A stretch of 64,000 nucleotides of DNA, taken from a virus. This document shows positions 48,463 through 55,954 of the stretch, piece after piece. Each line of letters opens with the position of its first letter. The first letter of the stretch is position 1. The translations under genes were made by a program, and so were the position numbers. The stretch is from the IMG/VR virus record IMGVR_UViG_3300042691_018174. The stretch is one strand, 5' to 3'. Under the pieces are notes generated by a model. It saw nothing but the letters and a program-made list of their open reading frames with translations, did no database searches and was not told the DNA's origin.

Positions 48463-49017
48463 TTAAGACATCCAGTCTTTGACCATACTTTTGGCACAGT
48501 GATGTACACATTCTGTCCAAAGATCCAGTTCGTCCAATTCAAATACAGTTTCTAAATCTGGTTCACCAATTAGCCAACTGTGTTCTGGTCGCCAAGGTGG
48601 CAAACCAGCCATCTCCCCTTCTAACTGACCAGGACCCCAAGTGCAGACTCCTATGATAGTTCTTAGATACCTAGGACGTTCTCCATCTATGAGCTTGCCA
48701 ATAAATTCCATATCATTACTGATACAAATACCACTAGGAGACATTATAGTTTCGGAACTGATTACATCGGCACTGTGAAACAACACCAACTTGTGTAATT
48801 CCATGGGACCGCCCAAGTGTACAGATCCTCCCAGTCTAAGATCAATTCCTGCACGTTCCATTATTTTACTGGAAGGTATATTTGATGATCTATTAATAAT
48901 GACTCCCCAGCTGCCTGCATCATTGTGTTCTGCTATATAGATCACAGTGTTGGCAAACCTCCTATCAATGATGTTAGGAGGGCTGACTAATATTTTGCCT
49001 GTGTAGTTTTGGTTCAT
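48463..49017 (-). CDS. YqgE/AlgH family protein
   Basis: D..F..TVIYI.EH...GS.GVIINR, GGP, G...W.PGQLE.E. Confidence 0.9.
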   Translation of the reverse strand: MNQNYTGKILVSPPNIIDRRFANTVIYIAEHNDAGSWGVIINRSSNIPSSKIMERAGIDLRLGGSVHLGGPMELHKLVLFHSADVISSETIMSPSGICISNDMEFIGKLIDGERPRYLRTIIGVCTWGPGQLEGEMAGLPPWRPEHSWLIGEPDLETVFELDELDLWTECVHHCAKSMVKDWMS

Positions 49018-49022
49018 ACTAA

Positions 49023-49042
49023 TATTTACCCATAGATAAATA
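49023..49042. promoter_or_regulatory. back-to-back TAAATA late promoter cores
   Basis: Minus core 49023-28 (5 nt to ATG 49017); plus core 49037-42 (7 nt to ATG 49050). Confidence 0.7.
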
Positions 49043-49049
49043 TCATATC

Positions 49050-49769
49050 ATGAAGATTTTTGAATTTCAATTACCAGTAACTTTTCACAATCAATTAAAT
49101 CCTAAGTTATGGAAGGACGAGGAATTATTGCCTGAAGTAAGATTAAAACTATTGGCCTCGGCCAGGGAGTTTATATCTTTCTTAAAGATGGAGAACTTGC
49201 CGCTCCGGGACATAGTCATAACTGGCAGTAATACCAATCTCACGTACACTGATAAAAGCGACCTTGATCTACACATCATCGTAGACATGGATAAAATATA
49301 CGACGGCAATGACCTAGTGAGACAGTTCTTTGACAGTAAGAGACGTCTGTGGAACAAGACCTATGATGTCACAGTTAGATCCATACCTGTGGAAGTCTAT
49401 GTAGAGGACAACGACGAAACTGTACAGGGCAATGCCTTCAGTTTGATGTCAGCGCAGTGGCTGAAACGTCTTCCCTTGGACCGAGTAGATATCAATGAAC
49501 GCAGTGTTAAAGCCAAATATCTACAGATGGTGCGTGATATCAAACGTGCTCTAGAACGTGCAGACAGCACAGATGATTTCACTAGATTGATGAAAAAGAT
49601 CAAAGACTATAGGCAGTCGGGCTTGGATCGATACGGTGAATTCAGTACCGAGAACCTAGTGTTCAAAAGTCTCAGGAACAATGGCTGGTTAGAGACCATA
49701 GATCAACAGCGCACAGAGTTAGTTAACAAGATGTTGAGCCTTAAAGAAAAACAAGACATTTTCGTCTGA
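49050..49769 (+). CDS. Pol-beta superfamily nucleotidyltransferase
   Basis: ITGS..., SDLDLHI, VEVYVED. Confidence 0.85.
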   Translation: MKIFEFQLPVTFHNQLNPKLWKDEELLPEVRLKLLASAREFISFLKMENLPLRDIVITGSNTNLTYTDKSDLDLHIIVDMDKIYDGNDLVRQFFDSKRRLWNKTYDVTVRSIPVEVYVEDNDETVQGNAFSLMSAQWLKRLPLDRVDINERSVKAKYLQMVRDIKRALERADSTDDFTRLMKKIKDYRQSGLDRYGEFSTENLVFKSLRNNGWLETIDQQRTELVNKMLSLKEKQDIFV

Positions 49770-49865
49770 TTCTTTAAAGAAACAGTTAAAAATACAGCCA
49801 GAATTTTAAAGTTTTTAAAGAAAAATAGACGAAATTAACACCGTTTTAAAAAGAACACATACTAC

Positions 49866-50111
49866 ATGCAGAACAATAATAAAAAGCGCAATATCACAGA
49901 AAGAATCACCAATTTGAATCAAGAGATCAATAGTATCAGCCAACAGTTGATACAACAGCAGGATCTAGATCAAAAACTGGCGCTACAGCAGACCATAGAC
50001 AGCCGAAGAGCTCAGATCACCGAACTGCACGTGACACTGGCCGTTTTGGATCAACAAGAGATAGCTGCCGTACAAGAGAAAATACAGGGCACCACTAGAT
50101 TCAGGATTTAA
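49866..50111 (+). CDS. Gln-rich coiled-coil hypothetical protein
   Basis: 81-aa ORF. Confidence 0.55.
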   Translation: MQNNNKKRNITERITNLNQEINSISQQLIQQQDLDQKLALQQTIDSRRAQITELHVTLAVLDQQEIAAVQEKIQGTTRFRI

Positions 50112-50144
50112 CTGTGCTGAATACCCCTGCTGTTAAATATCCGT

Positions 50145-50480
50145 ATGAAATTACAGCAAGTAGACAAATTACCACAAGGCTCGCGCAGTTTCCTCACAGT
50201 CACAGCCCAGGCCCAGCAGAAGATACGGGATCTAGTTAGGATCTCCCCACCGGGCTGCTTTCGCATACGTGCAGACATAGGATCTAAGACCACTGATTGG
50301 ACCTTTGCCTGGGACGATCAATTCAAAGATGAGGATTTTGTAGTGGACATTGACGACATAGAAATAGTCATGGATGCCACTACCATAGCCTACATCTTGG
50401 ACGAGTACACCCTGGACTTTGAGCTGGATCAGTTCAGCATATTCAAGAATCCCCTGGGTGCCCTAAGGCATCAGCAGTGA
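50145..50480 (+). CDS. IscA/HesB-like protein lacking canonical Cys motifs
   Basis: LTVT.QA..KI, IVMD......I....LDF, F.NP; TAAATA 5 nt upstream. Confidence 0.6.
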   Translation: MKLQQVDKLPQGSRSFLTVTAQAQQKIRDLVRISPPGCFRIRADIGSKTTDWTFAWDDQFKDEDFVVDIDDIEIVMDATTIAYILDEYTLDFELDQFSIFKNPLGALRHQQ

Positions 50481-51034
50481 TCACTGACTTATTCCCCCAG
50501 CCCATATGGATCAGGGATTCGGAACACGCTTGGGACTATAGATCCATGATATCGGCTGCAGAGCCCTGGGCCCGGCCACATGCGCTGACAGTTCAAGGAC
50601 AGAGTACCTACGCACAGCGACGTCAGATATTGGAACTACCTGAGTTCCACAAGCTGCACACATGGTTGGATTCTGAAGTCAGCACTTATCTAGACCTAGT
50701 GGGTTCAGTGAACAAGGTCACAGTGATCAACAGCTGGGTCAACTGGAATCCACCGGAGAGCAGCACAGACAGGCACTCACATCAGCTCAGTCGTGTCAGT
50801 GGTGTGTTTTATCTAGAAGCCGAACCCTGGTGCAGTCCCCTAAGACTGTACAGTAATCAAAGGCAGTTCCAAGGTTATGATTTCATCAGCAGGGAAACAG
50901 ACTACAATCAGCAGTACAGGGACATAGGCATATGCAGAGGCAGACTGATATTGTTCCCGGGCTGGATGGAACACTCAGTGCCCAAGACCGCTGGCCCACG
51001 CACTGTACTGAGTTTCAACACTGTGTTCGTTTAA
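50477..51034 (+). CDS. putative 2OG-Fe(II) oxygenase (TIGR02466-like)
   Basis: SWVN, HSH..SGVFY, LILFPGW.EH.V, R..LSFN. Confidence 0.85.
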   Translation: MITDLFPQPIWIRDSEHAWDYRSMISAAEPWARPHALTVQGQSTYAQRRQILELPEFHKLHTWLDSEVSTYLDLVGSVNKVTVINSWVNWNPPESSTDRHSHQLSRVSGVFYLEAEPWCSPLRLYSNQRQFQGYDFISRETDYNQQYRDIGICRGRLILFPGWMEHSVPKTAGPRTVLSFNTVFV

Positions 51035-51615
51035 ATTTCCACCAAGGTCAGTTCAGATTCACGACCCATGGTTCCCCGGAACTGTGTGTTAAAGCTCAGA
51101 GTGATGCGTCTCCGATCCGTGTGATTCACAGGCACAGCATGCGGTATCCAGCTGGGAAATAAGATCAACTCGCCACGATTTACAGTGATCACTTCTACAT
51201 CTCTAAGCTGACTGCGTTCTCCCAATTGATAGTTGCCCGAAACATTGCTGTGGAACTCTATATAGTTAGGTCCCTCAGTGAGATAGTATACTCCGCTGAC
51301 TGCACTGTTTAAATGTCTATGCTGATGATGACTGCTGCCCGGTTCATTGAAATTCAACCAACTCTGCGTGATAGCTAGTTCAGCAGTGGTCACATCCAAT
51401 ACCTGTTCACAGTACTGCTGTAGACTGCTGTTTATATGATCTCGTAGCTGATGGAAGTTATCATAACAGTTCAAAATCCTAGACTCTTCACTGGTACGAT
51501 TATAGGTATTGGTTCTACTGCGCTGAAAACAGTAGCTTAACACTGAATCTATATTGGGGAAATGCCTAGCCGGAAATCTAGCCATGGGCACTGAGAGTAA
51601 TGACTGTATATGCAT
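51031..51615 (-). CDS. putative 2OG-Fe(II) oxygenase (TIGR02466-like)
   Basis: QSWLN, HRH.NS.VSGVYY, LILFPSW..H.V, RITLSFN. Confidence 0.88.
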   Translation of the reverse strand: MHIQSLLSVPMARFPARHFPNIDSVLSYCFQRSRTNTYNRTSEESRILNCYDNFHQLRDHINSSLQQYCEQVLDVTTAELAITQSWLNFNEPGSSHHQHRHLNSAVSGVYYLTEGPNYIEFHSNVSGNYQLGERSQLRDVEVITVNRGELILFPSWIPHAVPVNHTDRRRITLSFNTQFRGTMGRESELTLVEI

Positions 51616-51629
51616 AATACACTAATTAG

Positions 51630-52083
51630 CAGTGAACCGCCATGGCCCAGAGTGGTTTTGATAGCCCCGCAGGGGCCAGCGACACTGGCGGCGCAGCCGC
51701 TGCGAAGCAGAGCAGCGCGATAGTCGCAGTTGGCACCTTTTGGCAGGGAAGGATACTTCACAGTGATTCTACAGTACGCATACAGTACGCATACAGTGAG
51801 TCACTGAGTGACTGCATTGGCAGACCAGCGTAAAAGAAACAATTACTGAACAGTAGAAGTCGCGGGACCGAAAGGGTCTACACAGTGTAAAAATCTGCTG
51901 CGCAAAATTTTTAAAAGTCGATTTTTTCGACCCCCACCACTTCTTAACCAGTGGGTTCGTGATTTTGGGCAATTTGTAAAGTTAGGAAAAAGTTTGAGTA
52001 GACTTGCGGGCTGTTGCTTTTTTACAACAGTTGTGTATATAAGCCACCACCCACCTACCTGCTGACATCAGCCACCACCACCA
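51630..52083. other. structured non-coding hinge (candidate origin, packaging or terminus site)
   Basis: Chain of mini-hairpins 51664-51727, 11-bp tandem repeat 51770-51797, A/T tracts, CCA repeats. Confidence 0.45.
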
Positions 52084-52401
52084 TTAATATCCACAGCCCC
52101 TGACGTCGCTGTTCAGTGACGGCTTCAACTGGGCTATCAACTCTCGCTCACGAGCATGTGCCGCAGCCTTGCCACGCACGATCTCTAAAGGGCGTATGTC
52201 TATAAGCTCCTTGCTGGCTAGTGTGCGCAGAGCTTGGCATAGTAGCCAACCCTTCTGCTCCACTGTGGCTCTGTAGTAGTGCTTATGGGCACGGCGTTGT
52301 AGACTGTGCAACACTGTCTTGTCTTTGTATGTGATACCAATGTAGCTCTGCTCATCTACACGGATCTCGTATATGATATGATTGCGTAGTTTAACGGACA
52401 T
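52084..52401 (-). CDS. GIY-YIG nuclease domain protein
   Basis: IIY...YIG, R..H, RERELI..LKPSLN; ATG after GGAG. Confidence 0.8.
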   Translation of the reverse strand: MSVKLRNHIIYEIRVDEQSYIGITYKDKTVLHSLQRRAHKHYYRATVEQKGWLLCQALRTLASKELIDIRPLEIVRGKAAAHARERELIAQLKPSLNSDVRGCGY

Positions 52402-52432
52402 AGTGTGCTCCAGTGCTTTAGTGTATGTGTGT

Positions 52433-52461
52433 AGTATAGCATCAAAGGTATTACCTGTCAA
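52433..52461 (-). promoter_or_regulatory. early sigma70 promoter P1
   Basis: TTGACA-17-TATACT. Confidence 0.9.
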
Positions 52462-52591
52462 CTCATATTGTGAATACCCATAAAGGGTGGCGGGGGATCT
52501 TATCGTAGGCCACTACCCCACGAACCCCCCGCCGTTTTGCTGGGACACTACTCCCAGCGGGTGTGACCCATTGCGGGCCACGGAGCAATCT

Positions 52592-52933
52592 TTAGTCTAG
52601 TCTACTGCCAGCATAGGCTTTCACGCCCAATGTCTGTGTGAGGTATTCAGCGGCAGCTTCTGCACCTGCTTCCAGTGTGTCCACATTCTGTACACACATC
52701 TCGCTGGGATTCCACAGTTGCAGTCCACCTGAGTAGCTCTTACGGAATCCTGCCTCGATCAATGCACGGCCCAACTTGGTTGAACCTTTCTCATATACAG
52801 TGACCCAAGCAAAGCCACAGGCGTATTGGTCACGCCCACCCAACTTTTCCATATAGAACTTCTTAGCGGCTAGACGTGCTTGTGCTTTAGCGCCTTCTAC
52901 GAACGAAATAACTTGCTCTTTGGTGTATGACAT
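52592..52933 (-). CDS. hypothetical protein
   Basis: CGFAWV motif; AAGGAG RBS. Confidence 0.85.
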   Translation of the reverse strand: MSYTKEQVISFVEGAKAQARLAAKKFYMEKLGGRDQYACGFAWVTVYEKGSTKLGRALIEAGFRKSYSGGLQLWNPSEMCVQNVDTLEAGAEAAAEYLTQTLGVKAYAGSRLD

Positions 52934-52963
52934 TTCAGCTCCTTAGTGTGTTACAGTCTTTAT

Positions 52964-52992
52964 AGTATATGCTCAGTGACTGGTTTTGTCAA
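52964..52992 (-). promoter_or_regulatory. early sigma70 promoter P2
   Basis: TTGACA-17-TATACT. Confidence 0.9.
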
Positions 52993-52999
52993 CCGTTTT

Positions 53000-53188
53000 T
53001 TAGTCTATCCAACCACAGAGTTTAGTGGCCAATACAGTGCAGAACACTCCAGTGCCTAGACACAGTGCGCCCACTGCTAGATTCAGTAGACCTGGAGTGG
53101 TCCAGCTCTGGCCGGCTACATAGAAGTTGATGAAGGCTATGAAGAATTGCAGTGCGCCCATGAGTTTGAAAAATTTAGTGTCAGTCAT
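53000..53188 (-). CDS. small membrane protein
   Basis: Two hydrophobic helices; RBS. Confidence 0.8.
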   Translation of the reverse strand: MTDTKFFKLMGALQFFIAFINFYVAGQSWTTPGLLNLAVGALCLGTGVFCTVLATKLCGWID

Positions 53189-53218
53189 TTCAGTTCCTTA
53201 GTGTGTTAGTGTATGTGC

Positions 53219-53247
53219 ATAATAGCACAGGGTTTAGGTTTTGTCAA
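53219..53247 (-). promoter_or_regulatory. early sigma70 promoter P3
   Basis: TTGACA-17-TATTAT. Confidence 0.9.
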
Positions 53248-53249
53248 CC

Positions 53250-53461
53250 GAATTCTTGTCTAAGGCCACGCTGTTCCACGGTCGCCCCTTAGCGGAGTTG
53301 TTGCCCTGTCCCGACACTAATCAGCATCTGCTACGTAGTGTCCACGCCGCTGGGTTGTCTGAGGTTCTTAGGCCTCGCTGTCGGTGCCCCAGCCACCGGG
53401 ATTCTATCGTTTACCACACGCTACTTTCAGGAAAGTAGTAACCGGAATCTCTTATAACTAT
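53250..53461 (-). ncRNA. candidate structured ncRNA 1 (~210 nt)
   Basis: Own promoter, no RBS or ORF, at least 6 helices plus a pseudoknot. Confidence 0.7.
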
Positions 53462-53467
53462 GACTGT

Positions 53468-53496
53468 ATTGTACAGTCATTTCTCTCAGCTGTCAA
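53468..53496 (-). promoter_or_regulatory. early sigma70 promoter P4 (drives ncRNA 1)
   Basis: TTGACA-17-TACAAT; -10 lies inside ATGACTGTA-TTG-TACAGTCAT palindrome. Confidence 0.85.
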
Positions 53497-53499
53497 CGG

Positions 53500-53688
53500 T
53501 TATCTGTAACCTGCCTGCCTGATGATCAGTGTGCCAATCCACATGAACAGGAGACCCAGGCCACTGACCGCAAGACTCTGCACCAGCTCTGTGTCTGTGA
53601 CACTGTTCTCAACACCGCCCACTCCCAACATGGTCAAGAGTATACCCATCACTACAAAAATCATTGCCTGGCTGTCTTGGCTCATCAT
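53500..53688 (-). CDS. small membrane protein
   Basis: Two hydrophobic segments. Confidence 0.75.
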   Translation of the reverse strand: MMSQDSQAMIFVVMGILLTMLGVGGVENSVTDTELVQSLAVSGLGLLFMWIGTLIIRQAGYR

Positions 53689-53927
53689 ATCTCTGCTTCC
53701 TCTGAGTATAGTATATCCACTGCTTCACTGTAGCCGTCTACACGGTAAACTTCCTTATAGGGTTCACCGGATCCTTGACTGTCCTGTACCACGACCAAGA
53801 TGTCATCGTATTCGGCCCACTCAGCACATTCCCGTTTGGCAGCTTCTAGATCTTCTGTACTGTGTACAATCTGATTGAACTCTGTGATCACTAGATAGTG
53901 ACGAGTGTAAGGACGTTTAGTTTTCAT
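53685..53927 (-). CDS. hypothetical protein
   Basis: ATG 1 nt after upstream stop. Confidence 0.75.
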   Translation of the reverse strand: MKTKRPYTRHYLVITEFNQIVHSTEDLEAAKRECAEWAEYDDILVVVQDSQGSGEPYKEVYRVDGYSEAVDILYSEEAEI

Positions 53928-53928
53928 A

Positions 53929-54183
53929 TCAATCAATGACCACTACACGGCGTACTAGTGTATTAGTCTCGCCAGTGTCCTCATCGTATTCATCATAGTC
54001 TTCTTCTATTGTGACCAACTTGTCCATGCGGTGGTAGTCGCTGAACTCTACAATGCCTTCGCTGACACGGCTAACACGGGGTGCAACCTCAGTCCTCCAA
54101 TGATCGCCATAGTTGTAGGCAAAGTGGACTTCTGCGTCCTGGTCCATGTACTGCAATGATTCGATCAGTTCTGCTACTTTCAT
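53929..54183 (-). CDS. hypothetical protein
   Basis: MKVAELIE.L..MD.DAEV phage motif; RBS. Confidence 0.85.
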   Translation of the reverse strand: MKVAELIESLQYMDQDAEVHFAYNYGDHWRTEVAPRVSRVSEGIVEFSDYHRMDKLVTIEEDYDEYDEDTGETNTLVRRVVVID

Positions 54184-54214
54184 TTCCGCTCCTTAGTGTT
54201 TAGTGTATGTGTGT

Positions 54215-54243
54215 ATAATAGCACAGATTTTATCTGTTGTCAA
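54215..54243 (-). promoter_or_regulatory. early sigma70 promoter P5
   Basis: TTGACA-17-TATTAT. Confidence 0.9.
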
Positions 54244-54458
54244 CCTTCTATCCAACAATCCCTGGCCAGCTCTGTGGTTATTGTCTGTCCACCAATGTAG
54301 TCCCCTGAGAACCCATACTTGCTTTCCAGTGTAAGGCTAGTGCCCGCATAGGTCTTCTTGATGGCAGTGATAACACCTGACTGTTCGATGTCTGACTTGA
54401 AGCAGACTACGTCTCCTACTGTGACCTCTTGGCCGTCTACATATGCTATCAAGCTCAT
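54240..54458 (-). CDS. hypothetical protein (SH3-like)
   Basis: V.VGD.V.FKSDIEQ.G.I; RBS. Confidence 0.8.
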   Translation of the reverse strand: MSLIAYVDGQEVTVGDVVCFKSDIEQSGVITAIKKTYAGTSLTLESKYGFSGDYIGGQTITTELARDCWIEG

Positions 54459-54471
54459 CTCTTGCTCCTAG

Positions 54472-54693
54472 TTAAACTAAATCAAAGTCCATGTCAGCTA
54501 CCACTGTCTCCAGTTGCTCTGCTAGTGTCGTTAACTCCGCTTTGCTCAGAGTGTCTAATGTCTCATCGTAGAAGTGTTGCATCAAGTCTGCATCCAGCTC
54601 GCAGTGGCGATCCATGTAGTCTAAGCCGCTGTCACCTTTGCGGTAGATTGCGTTGTATGCTTTGTCGATTCGTTTTGTTAGTGTTTTACTCAT
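54472..54693 (-). CDS. hypothetical protein
   Basis: RBS and promoter upstream. Confidence 0.8.
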   Translation of the reverse strand: MSKTLTKRIDKAYNAIYRKGDSGLDYMDRHCELDADLMQHFYDETLDTLSKAELTTLAEQLETVVADMDFDLV

Positions 54694-54724
54694 TTTCGCT
54701 CCTTAGTGTTTAGTGTATGTGTGT

Positions 54725-54753
54725 ATAATAGCACAGGTTTTATCTGTTGTCAA
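54725..54753 (-). promoter_or_regulatory. early sigma70 promoter P6
   Basis: TTGACA-17-TATTAT. Confidence 0.9.
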
Positions 54754-54977
54754 CCAGCTCCAAAGAATAACCCTACACAGTAAATGGTTAATAGAGCTGC
54801 ATTAATTACGATCAAGTTCCACTCACGTATACGTACACTCCAAATCAAATACAAAAAGGCACCCGCGTTCAACAAGTAAATGTTCATAGGGTCTATGCGC
54901 AAGGCTGTACACAGTGCCCCTGCTAGGGTGACCACACAGGCCACCCATTTTAATACAAAGTCTACGTTAATCAACAT
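54750..54977 (-). CDS. small 3-helix membrane protein
   Basis: Hydrophobic; KW....., P.NIY, W..R. Confidence 0.8.
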   Translation of the reverse strand: MLINVDFVLKWVACVVTLAGALCTALRIDPMNIYLLNAGAFLYLIWSVRIREWNLIVINAALLTIYCVGLFFGAG

Positions 54978-55152
54978 AATATTCTATACTGTCTGTAAGT
55001 GTAGTCAGCGCAATGTTTATCTCAGCCGCCCAGCCCATGTCTGTGGTCAAGTTATCTTCAAACTTCTCACCATCGCATGTAGCTTGTGCTAACAGATCCT
55101 GCATCTCTGCTAACAGGTTAAAAATTTTCTGTTGTACAATTGTACCTGCCAT
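54967..55152 (-). CDS. hypothetical protein
   Basis: RBS and promoter upstream. Confidence 0.75.
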   Translation of the reverse strand: MAGTIVQQKIFNLLAEMQDLLAQATCDGEKFEDNLTTDMGWAAEINIALTTLTDSIEYYVD

Positions 55153-55181
55153 TTTTAGCTCCTTTTGTTTAGTGTGTGCGT

Positions 55182-55210
55182 ACTATAGCACAGGTGGTTT
55201 TATCTGTCAA
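55182..55210 (-). promoter_or_regulatory. early sigma70 promoter P7
   Basis: TTGACA-17-TATAGT. Confidence 0.88.
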
Positions 55211-55250
55211 CCTGTTTTATTAAAAACCCTACACTGAGTAGGGTCTTTGC

Positions 55251-55466
55251 TTATGCTACAATTACAAAATCTTCTGCGCTTAGGTCTGCGACTGCTTTAG
55301 CAATTAAGCGGGGCAGATCTTCCTGCAGGCAGTCCCCTGACACATATACTGCATTTTTGCTATTGGGGCGAGATAGTGTATTAAATGCAACATAAAAACG
55401 ACTGCATTTGACAGCGTATTTGTTGGGGCTTTTTACTACGCGGACTTGGGCTGTACTTGCTTGCAT
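55251..55466 (-). CDS. hypothetical protein
   Basis: ATG (MQASTAQ) after AAGGAG. Confidence 0.8.
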   Translation of the reverse strand: MQASTAQVRVVKSPNKYAVKCSRFYVAFNTLSRPNSKNAVYVSGDCLQEDLPRLIAKAVADLSAEDFVIVA

Positions 55467-55495
55467 TTTTTGCTCCTTTTGTTTAGTGTGTAAAC

Positions 55496-55524
55496 AGTAT
55501 AGCAAAGGTTTTTCCAAATGTCAA
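55496..55524 (-). promoter_or_regulatory. early sigma70 promoter P8
   Basis: TTGACA-17-TATACT. Confidence 0.9.
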
Positions 55525-55570
55525 GCACTAGATAGAATACCCCTACAATCCGTGTGGGTATCGCCCAGTC

Positions 55571-55607
55571 AAAGTGACAGGGGAGACCACTAATAATCTC
55601 CCCTGTC
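55571..55607 (-). terminator. strong hairpin, possible terminator
   Basis: GACAGGGGAGA...TCTCCCCTGTC followed by ACTTT. Confidence 0.5.
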
Positions 55608-55663
55608 GGGTTGCCTCTGGGAGCGAATCAGAGGGCTTTTGCCACTGCTGTGGCATTAAACTA

Positions 55664-55954
55664 TTACAGAGTGATGCCCAAGCTCTGTGCTCGGTATGCA
55701 AGAGCTACCATCTTACGACTGGCTTCACCATACTTATACTCAGTGACCTGTACACCATTGCCGGCCTTACGGCTGTTAGCATAAATGGCATAACCACGCT
55801 GACGGATGTCGCTGACTGTGGCAGTAGGATTCTTAATGCCAAATCGCTTGGTCATCTGTGCAGGGGTTAGGACTTCGCGGTCCAATACCAATGCCTTGAA
55901 CAGTTTGCCTTGCTTAGTTTCTAGATCAAATCGCTTTAGTTTAGTTGTCTTCAT
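55664..55954 (-). CDS. winged-helix DNA-binding protein
   Basis: LT..Q...RFGI.NP.ATVSDIR..GY.I. Confidence 0.75.
   Translation of the reverse strand: MKTTKLKRFDLETKQGKLFKALVLDREVLTPAQMTKRFGIKNPTATVSDIRQRGYAIYANSRKAGNGVQVTEYKYGEASRKMVALAYRAQSLGITL

Larger units (their letters stand above)
54181..54755 (-). repeat. 65-bp direct repeat pair (54181-54245 and 54691-54755)
   Basis: 63/65 identical; each copy is promoter + leader + ATG. Confidence 0.95.

Noticed and set aside
52044-52083. Chi sites or G-quadruplex in the CCA-rich tract
   Set aside because: GGTGGTGG is not E. coli Chi (GCTGGTGG), the host is unknown, and runs are mostly GG
52563-52589. H-type pseudoknot in the AUUGCUCC motif
   Set aside because: Loop 3 would be 0-1 nt, sterically implausible; treated as a hairpin with alternative pairing
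53290-53400. HDV-like ribozyme, suggested by GGGCAACA and CCCAGC words
   Set aside because: Helix order does not fit the nested double pseudoknot by hand; left to a covariance search
53241-53438. Short ORFs over the two ncRNA candidates (also 57622-57893) and the hinge (51642-51972)
   Set aside because: No SD or ATG context, wrong strand or crossing promoters, atypical composition
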